Of a stretch of DNA of 11,202 bases, positions 8,014 through 11,202 are shown one piece after another. The translations under genes and the position numbers were made by a program. Origin of the DNA: a virus. Taxonomy: Monodnaviria; Loebvirae; Hofneiviricota; Faserviricetes; Tubulavirales; Inoviridae. The notes below the pieces were generated by a model, which saw only the letters and a program-made list of their open reading frames with translations, was not told the DNA's origin and searched no databases. Positions within the stretch are counted from its first letter, which is position 1; every line of letters starts with the position of its first letter. The stretch is from positions 1 to 11,202 of the IMG/VR virus record IMGVR_UViG_2698536573_000001; one strand, 5' to 3'.

Positions 8014-9066
8014 TTAATGCCAGTTACTGGCATGTGAAATACGGTTATAATCGAAAATTAAACCTTTCTCATAAACCCATGATGGAATTTTGGCTGGTTT
8101 GGCTTCAAGAGTACGAACCAACGGAACAACGTTATTAGAATCCGGTGACTCACAATAAAAGTTAATATCTATTCCGAAAGAAAGTAATTCTTTACGGTGT
8201 CGGTAGAATGTAGGTTTCGGTAACATCTCTTTCATGTTCGCGCCCTGCTTCCACAATAAATATGTAGACTGTATTTTTCTTGGGAGATTAATTATTTTTT
8301 CATCAGTTAATATGGTATTTTGATTCATTTCTATTCTCCCTACATAGTCAGAGAATAATTTATTGGGCGTCTCAATATTCCAGCTATTACCAAGCGTAAG
8401 ATTCAAATCAATTAATTCAGTTGTTCTTAATGTTAATTCAATGCGTAATTTATCTTTTGACCAGTCCAGTAAACCAGCTTTAACGAATTCGTCTGCCATC
8501 TGGTGCCCTTTTTTGCCAGATGTATGCTCATCATATTTTGAATAAAATTTCAGGCTCCAACGACGGGAGTTTTTCCCTAAGTAAACAGTGCCACCTTTAC
8601 CACAGGCGCGACCGTGGCGAGTTTTAGCTTTAAATTCTGCGGCATATAACCATGCGCGGACATTTTCTAATGTTGACAATGAATACATGTAATTGATATC
8701 GATGCGCGAGATCTTAAATTGCCCTTCCATGACCTGCCGATAGGATGGTAGATCATGAGGAATATGCAGTAATGCCAATATTCTGGCGTAAGCTGTTAAC
8801 ACCAACCCTTGCAAATCGTCGGAACCGATAACAGAGTGACCTTGCAAAAACTTTGATGGATTACCGTCAATGTAGAGATGTGTTGCCCGACCTTCACCAT
8901 CAGATCCAACAGACCTTACTTTCATTGTGGACTCATGCGAACCGCGAACTGTCAACCGTTTTACTGTTTCCCACTCCACTGCACCGTCAGCATCGACGCT
9001 GACGACACTACCAGCCGGTAACGGTCGGTGTGTGCAAGGCAGGATTCCGGTAAACCAGTCGATCAT
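8014..9066 (-). CDS. rolling-circle replication initiation protein, filamentous-phage gII family
   Basis: 350 aa. Starts MIDWFTGILPCTH. Shares motifs with Ff gene II protein as recalled from memory (not verified): LQGHSVIG vs LQGHNVFG, ISRID, and NNVVPLVR near the C-terminus. Confidence 0.85.
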   Translation of the reverse strand: MIDWFTGILPCTHRPLPAGSVVSVDADGAVEWETVKRLTVRGSHESTMKVRSVGSDGEGRATHLYIDGNPSKFLQGHSVIGSDDLQGLVLTAYARILALLHIPHDLPSYRQVMEGQFKISRIDINYMYSLSTLENVRAWLYAAEFKAKTRHGRACGKGGTVYLGKNSRRWSLKFYSKYDEHTSGKKGHQMADEFVKAGLLDWSKDKLRIELTLRTTELIDLNLTLGNSWNIETPNKLFSDYVGRIEMNQNTILTDEKIINLPRKIQSTYLLWKQGANMKEMLPKPTFYRHRKELLSFGIDINFYCESPDSNNVVPLVRTLEAKPAKIPSWVYEKGLIFDYNRISHASNWH

Positions 9067-9237
9067 AAGTAGTCACACCCATCAAAATATGTGTCAATAG
9101 TCATTTGTGAGCAGATTGAATGGTCACAATGTAATATGCTCAGATCTGACAGTCAATACATTTGCAATGTTTAAATTGTCAGAAATGAGCATCAAATCTA
9201 ACTATTGAAAAACCACTGTTAAGATGGAGCCAAGTAG
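9067..9237. promoter_or_regulatory. divergent control region between the replication gene and the repressor gene (candidate operators, promoters or origin)
   Basis: 171-bp intergenic region with no ORF. Repeats: TGAGCA at 9108..9113 and 9186..9191 with inverted copy TGCTCA at 9137..9142; 7-bp inverted repeat TCTGACA (9145..9151) / TGTCAGA (9177..9183); direct repeat GTCAATA at 9094..9100 and 9152..9158. Promoter hexamers not assigned with confidence. Confidence 0.5.
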
Positions 9238-9684
9238 ATGGGCAACAATGAGCATGAAGTTATGGCGGACAAACAGAGAGCAGAACGTATCAAAAAGGTA
9301 ATTCTGGAACACTCGACTTATGAAGAACTGGCCGAGAAGACTGGCATTAGCGTGAGTACGCTGGTCAGGATAGCGTCCGGCAAAACTGAACCTAAATTCA
9401 GTGACATCATTCAGATAGCTAAAATTACTGGTGCAGACTTAAACACCTTAGCTTATGGCTATGCTCTTGATGTTAAAGAAGAAGCTACCGAGCGGAAGCT
9501 AATCACTTCTGCGGATGGATATACTGATGAAGAAACCACTAACGCACATAATTTCATCGTGTGGAACATCAGGACACTGGAAAAACAAGATATTCTGGCA
9601 CTCGCAAGGCAGGTTTCTGCCTTAAGTTCATACACTTACAGTACTAAAATGTTTATGAAAAAAGCGGTGTCTGGAGAAGAGTAA
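9238..9684 (+). CDS. HTH transcriptional regulator (XRE / Cro-C1 type), phage repressor-like
   Basis: 148 aa. Predicted helix-turn-helix in the N-terminal third (STYEELAEKTGISVSTLVRIASGKTEP). GGAG 8 nt upstream of ATG 9238. Divergent from the replication gene, as for filamentous-phage repressors. No Ser-Lys peptidase (LexA-like) motif in the C-terminal part. Confidence 0.8.
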   Translation: MGNNEHEVMADKQRAERIKKVILEHSTYEELAEKTGISVSTLVRIASGKTEPKFSDIIQIAKITGADLNTLAYGYALDVKEEATERKLITSADGYTDEETTNAHNFIVWNIRTLEKQDILALARQVSALSSYTYSTKMFMKKAVSGEE

Positions 9685-9712
9685 AAGGATTAACAGTCTC
9701 AGGAATGAGACA

Positions 9713-9751
9713 AACGTGCAGTATTACCAACACTGCACGTTCTTTATTGTG
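9713..9751 (+). terminator. intrinsic terminator-like hairpin downstream of the repressor gene
   Basis: Perfect 10-bp stem AACGTGCAGT (9713..9722) / ACTGCACGTT (9732..9741) with a 9-nt loop, followed by CTTTATTGTG (interrupted T-run). Confidence 0.6.
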
Positions 9752-9783
9752 CGAGTTTTGAATAGCGAAAAAGGATCAAAAGG

Positions 9784-10206
9784 ATGAGTAGAAATAACGA
9801 AACAAGCGGCGTTGAACTGGTTGTCGTGGGCGTATTTGCTTTCTGTCTGGCAGTTGTTGCCTGGCTAATGAAAACTTTCGATGTTGAATGGCAAACAGCA
9901 CTGGAAACTGCGCCTGGCCTGATAGTCTGGTTGCTTGTTGTCGGTGCGGGGATCTTTTTCGGGATCAAAATGGAAACTGGTCTTGTTCGCTGGGGTGCTC
10001 CACTTGCGATCGCCCTTCTGATTCCGGTATTCAAACCAATTCTTAAGGAAGCAGCCGGAGTTCGTGAAATGGGCGGGTTAGTTTTCGATGATATGGTTTC
10101 GTGGTACGGAACTGGCTGGGGAATGTCGCTGATGTTCTTCGGGATTCTTATCGTCGGATACGGCCTACTTTATTGGTGGCACAGAAGAAAGTCATATTAC
10201 TGGTAA
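9784..10206 (+). CDS. small integral membrane protein (about four TM helices), function unknown
   Basis: 140 aa with four hydrophobic segments (about residues 11-29, 45-62, 70-85, 112-131) and a Trp/Tyr/Arg-rich C-terminus. ATG 9784 preceded by AAGGA. Co-oriented with the repressor. GC content resembles the phage core. Confidence 0.6.
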   Translation: MSRNNETSGVELVVVGVFAFCLAVVAWLMKTFDVEWQTALETAPGLIVWLLVVGAGIFFGIKMETGLVRWGAPLAIALLIPVFKPILKEAAGVREMGGLVFDDMVSWYGTGWGMSLMFFGILIVGYGLLYWWHRRKSYYW

Positions 10207-10317
10207 CTCCGCCGCGGGAAACCACGGTAAAGTTCGGGTGTCACTGAACCCCGAACCGCAAGCGGTTAAATAGCAATCAACTATAGAGAGTAAGTCAAAA
10301 CATATAAGGGTTAAATA

Positions 10318-10785
10318 ATGACAGTATCTCTTGGCGATGTGTTTGGTGGTTTGGCGTTTTTTCTCTCAATCTATGCAACAATTAAAACCGTAAAGTTCAA
10401 TGAAAGACAAAAAGCGTTAATAGAAGCGCAAGAAAGGTTAACGAATCTCCAACTTACTAAAGAAAAAAATGAGTTGGAAAGTTCAAAGAAAGCTGATATT
10501 AGTGCAAGCATGGTCTCTGTAGGAAATAGAGAATATAAACTAAGAGTTATTAATAAAGGGAAGGTTTCTGCGAAAAATGTAAGAATAGAATTTCCCGATA
10601 ATAATTCACCAGTATCAATGAGTGACGTTAAAAGCAAATTTCCGCTTGAGTATCTCGCGACAGATCAACCAGTCGATCTCATTGCGTCAGGAGAGTTAGG
10701 TCGAGCAAGGAAATTTACTGTAAGACTAATGTGGGATGACGATTTCAAGGATGATAATGAAATTGTTTTACATATAACATATTGA
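10318..10785 (+). CDS. hypothetical membrane-anchored protein (N-terminal TM helix, predicted coiled-coil, C-terminal beta-rich domain)
   Basis: 155 aa. N-terminal hydrophobic helix (LGDVFGGLAFFLSIYATI), then a charged helical stretch (ERQKALIEAQERLTNLQLTKEKNELESSKK). AAGGG 7 nt upstream of ATG 10318. AT-rich codon usage, distinct from the phage core. Confidence 0.55.
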   Translation: MTVSLGDVFGGLAFFLSIYATIKTVKFNERQKALIEAQERLTNLQLTKEKNELESSKKADISASMVSVGNREYKLRVINKGKVSAKNVRIEFPDNNSPVSMSDVKSKFPLEYLATDQPVDLIASGELGRARKFTVRLMWDDDFKDDNEIVLHITY

Positions 10786-10830
10786 TTTAAATACACTTTA
10801 TATCGAAGCAAAACAAGTAGAGGAGTAAGG

Positions 10831-11202
10831 ATGAAAAATCAACTTTATAGCCGTCAAGGAATATACGACATAATCAGAAGCCACTATTTAAGAAACTTTC
10901 CATATACGATTGAATTTGAAGCGCTTAATGCAATAAATGAACACATTAGCCTTATAATTGATAGCGCATCAATACAAAAAAATGAAAGTGGTGAGTACGT
11001 ATTTATCAATAATAATCCTAATATGGAAGTTGATGACCCATTTGAAAGCACAGAGAGAAATCTTGCTGCTTATCTATCAAAGTCTAGTGGTGTTGAAGCG
11101 TTATTCCAAGATGTGAACGCATTACAAAAATGGTTGCTCCAATATGGATTTATCCATGGTGGTATAGCGACTGAAAAAATGCTGGTTACGAATAAACTAT
11201 AA
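10831..11202 (+). CDS. hypothetical soluble acidic protein
   Basis: 123-aa ORF ending with TAA at the window edge. Strong RBS GGAG 5 nt upstream of ATG 10831. Same AT-rich composition as the preceding gene and 45 nt downstream of it, so probably co-transcribed. Confidence 0.55.
   Translation: MKNQLYSRQGIYDIIRSHYLRNFPYTIEFEALNAINEHISLIIDSASIQKNESGEYVFINNNPNMEVDDPFESTERNLAAYLSKSSGVEALFQDVNALQKWLLQYGFIHGGIATEKMLVTNKL

Larger units (their letters stand above)
1914..9751 (-). mobile_element. integrated filamentous phage (inovirus) at dif; core replication-to-secretin module plus divergent repressor; right boundary not resolved
   Basis: Colinear Ff-like gene order (gII-like, gV-position, coat, pIII-like, pVI-like, pI/Zot, pIV secretin) with stop/start overlaps, a divergent HTH repressor, and an intact dif at the cargo end. 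No second dif-derived site was found in the window, so the far end may lie beyond 11202. Confidence 0.75.

Noticed and set aside
2919-8545. Plus-strand ORFs inside the morphogenesis operon (2919..3116, 3120..3473, 4015..4215, 5057..5389, 5552..5851, 7275..7511, 8363..8545) and out-of-frame minus-strand ORFs (4401..4592, 6777..6968)
   Set aside because: All are embedded in or antisense to long, well-supported phage genes; they are shadow ORFs typical of six-frame translation.
9067-9237. LexA (SOS) box in the replication-gene control region
   Set aside because: No CTGT-N8-ACAG-like motif is present. The only CTGT (9215..9218) lacks a correctly spaced ACAG partner.
10207-10280. Possible tRNA or tmRNA 3' end as an integration target
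   Set aside because: No cloverleaf can be drawn: there is no GTTC-purine-A-type T-loop with matching acceptor stem and no CCA-proximal structure. The hairpins are better explained as a terminator or junction structure.
9744-10637. Minus-strand ORFs 9744..10034 and 10371..10637
   Set aside because: They are antisense to better-supported plus-strand genes with RBSs and are low-complexity (Thr/Ser/Leu-rich) translations.
1-11202. CRISPR arrays, rRNA genes or insertion-sequence terminal inverted repeats
   Set aside because: No regularly spaced direct repeats, no rRNA-like conserved stretches and no transposase ORF were seen anywhere in the window.

Overview
The window is dominated by an integrated filamentous-phage (inovirus) genome sitting next to an intact 28-bp chromosomal dif site (1914..1941, exact match in minus orientation to the enterobacterial dif sequence as I recall it). 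On the minus strand, from 9066 down to 2813, lies a tightly packed, translationally coupled module in Ff-like order: rolling-circle replication initiator (gII-like), putative ssDNA-binding protein, small membrane protein, major coat (pVIII-like), adsorption protein (pIII-like), pVI-like protein, Zot/pI assembly ATPase and pIV secretin. Two small unassigned cargo ORFs (2724..2082) follow before dif. A divergent HTH (Cro/C1-type) repressor gene (9238..9684) with its own terminator faces the replication gene across a repeat-rich 171-bp control region. Left of dif, on the presumed host side, is a tyrosine recombinase gene with an overlapping Cys/His-rich downstream ORF. Right of the repressor are a 4-TM membrane protein, a GC-rich hairpin region, and a visibly AT-richer block with two unassigned genes. 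I found no rRNA, tRNA or CRISPR. The phage core is of a known kind (dif-integrating enterobacterial inoviruses such as CUS-1 / Ypf-phi; identity not verifiable here). The candidates for something undescribed are the unassigned accessory genes at both ends, which I can flag but not identify. All homology statements rest on motifs recalled from memory, not on searches.
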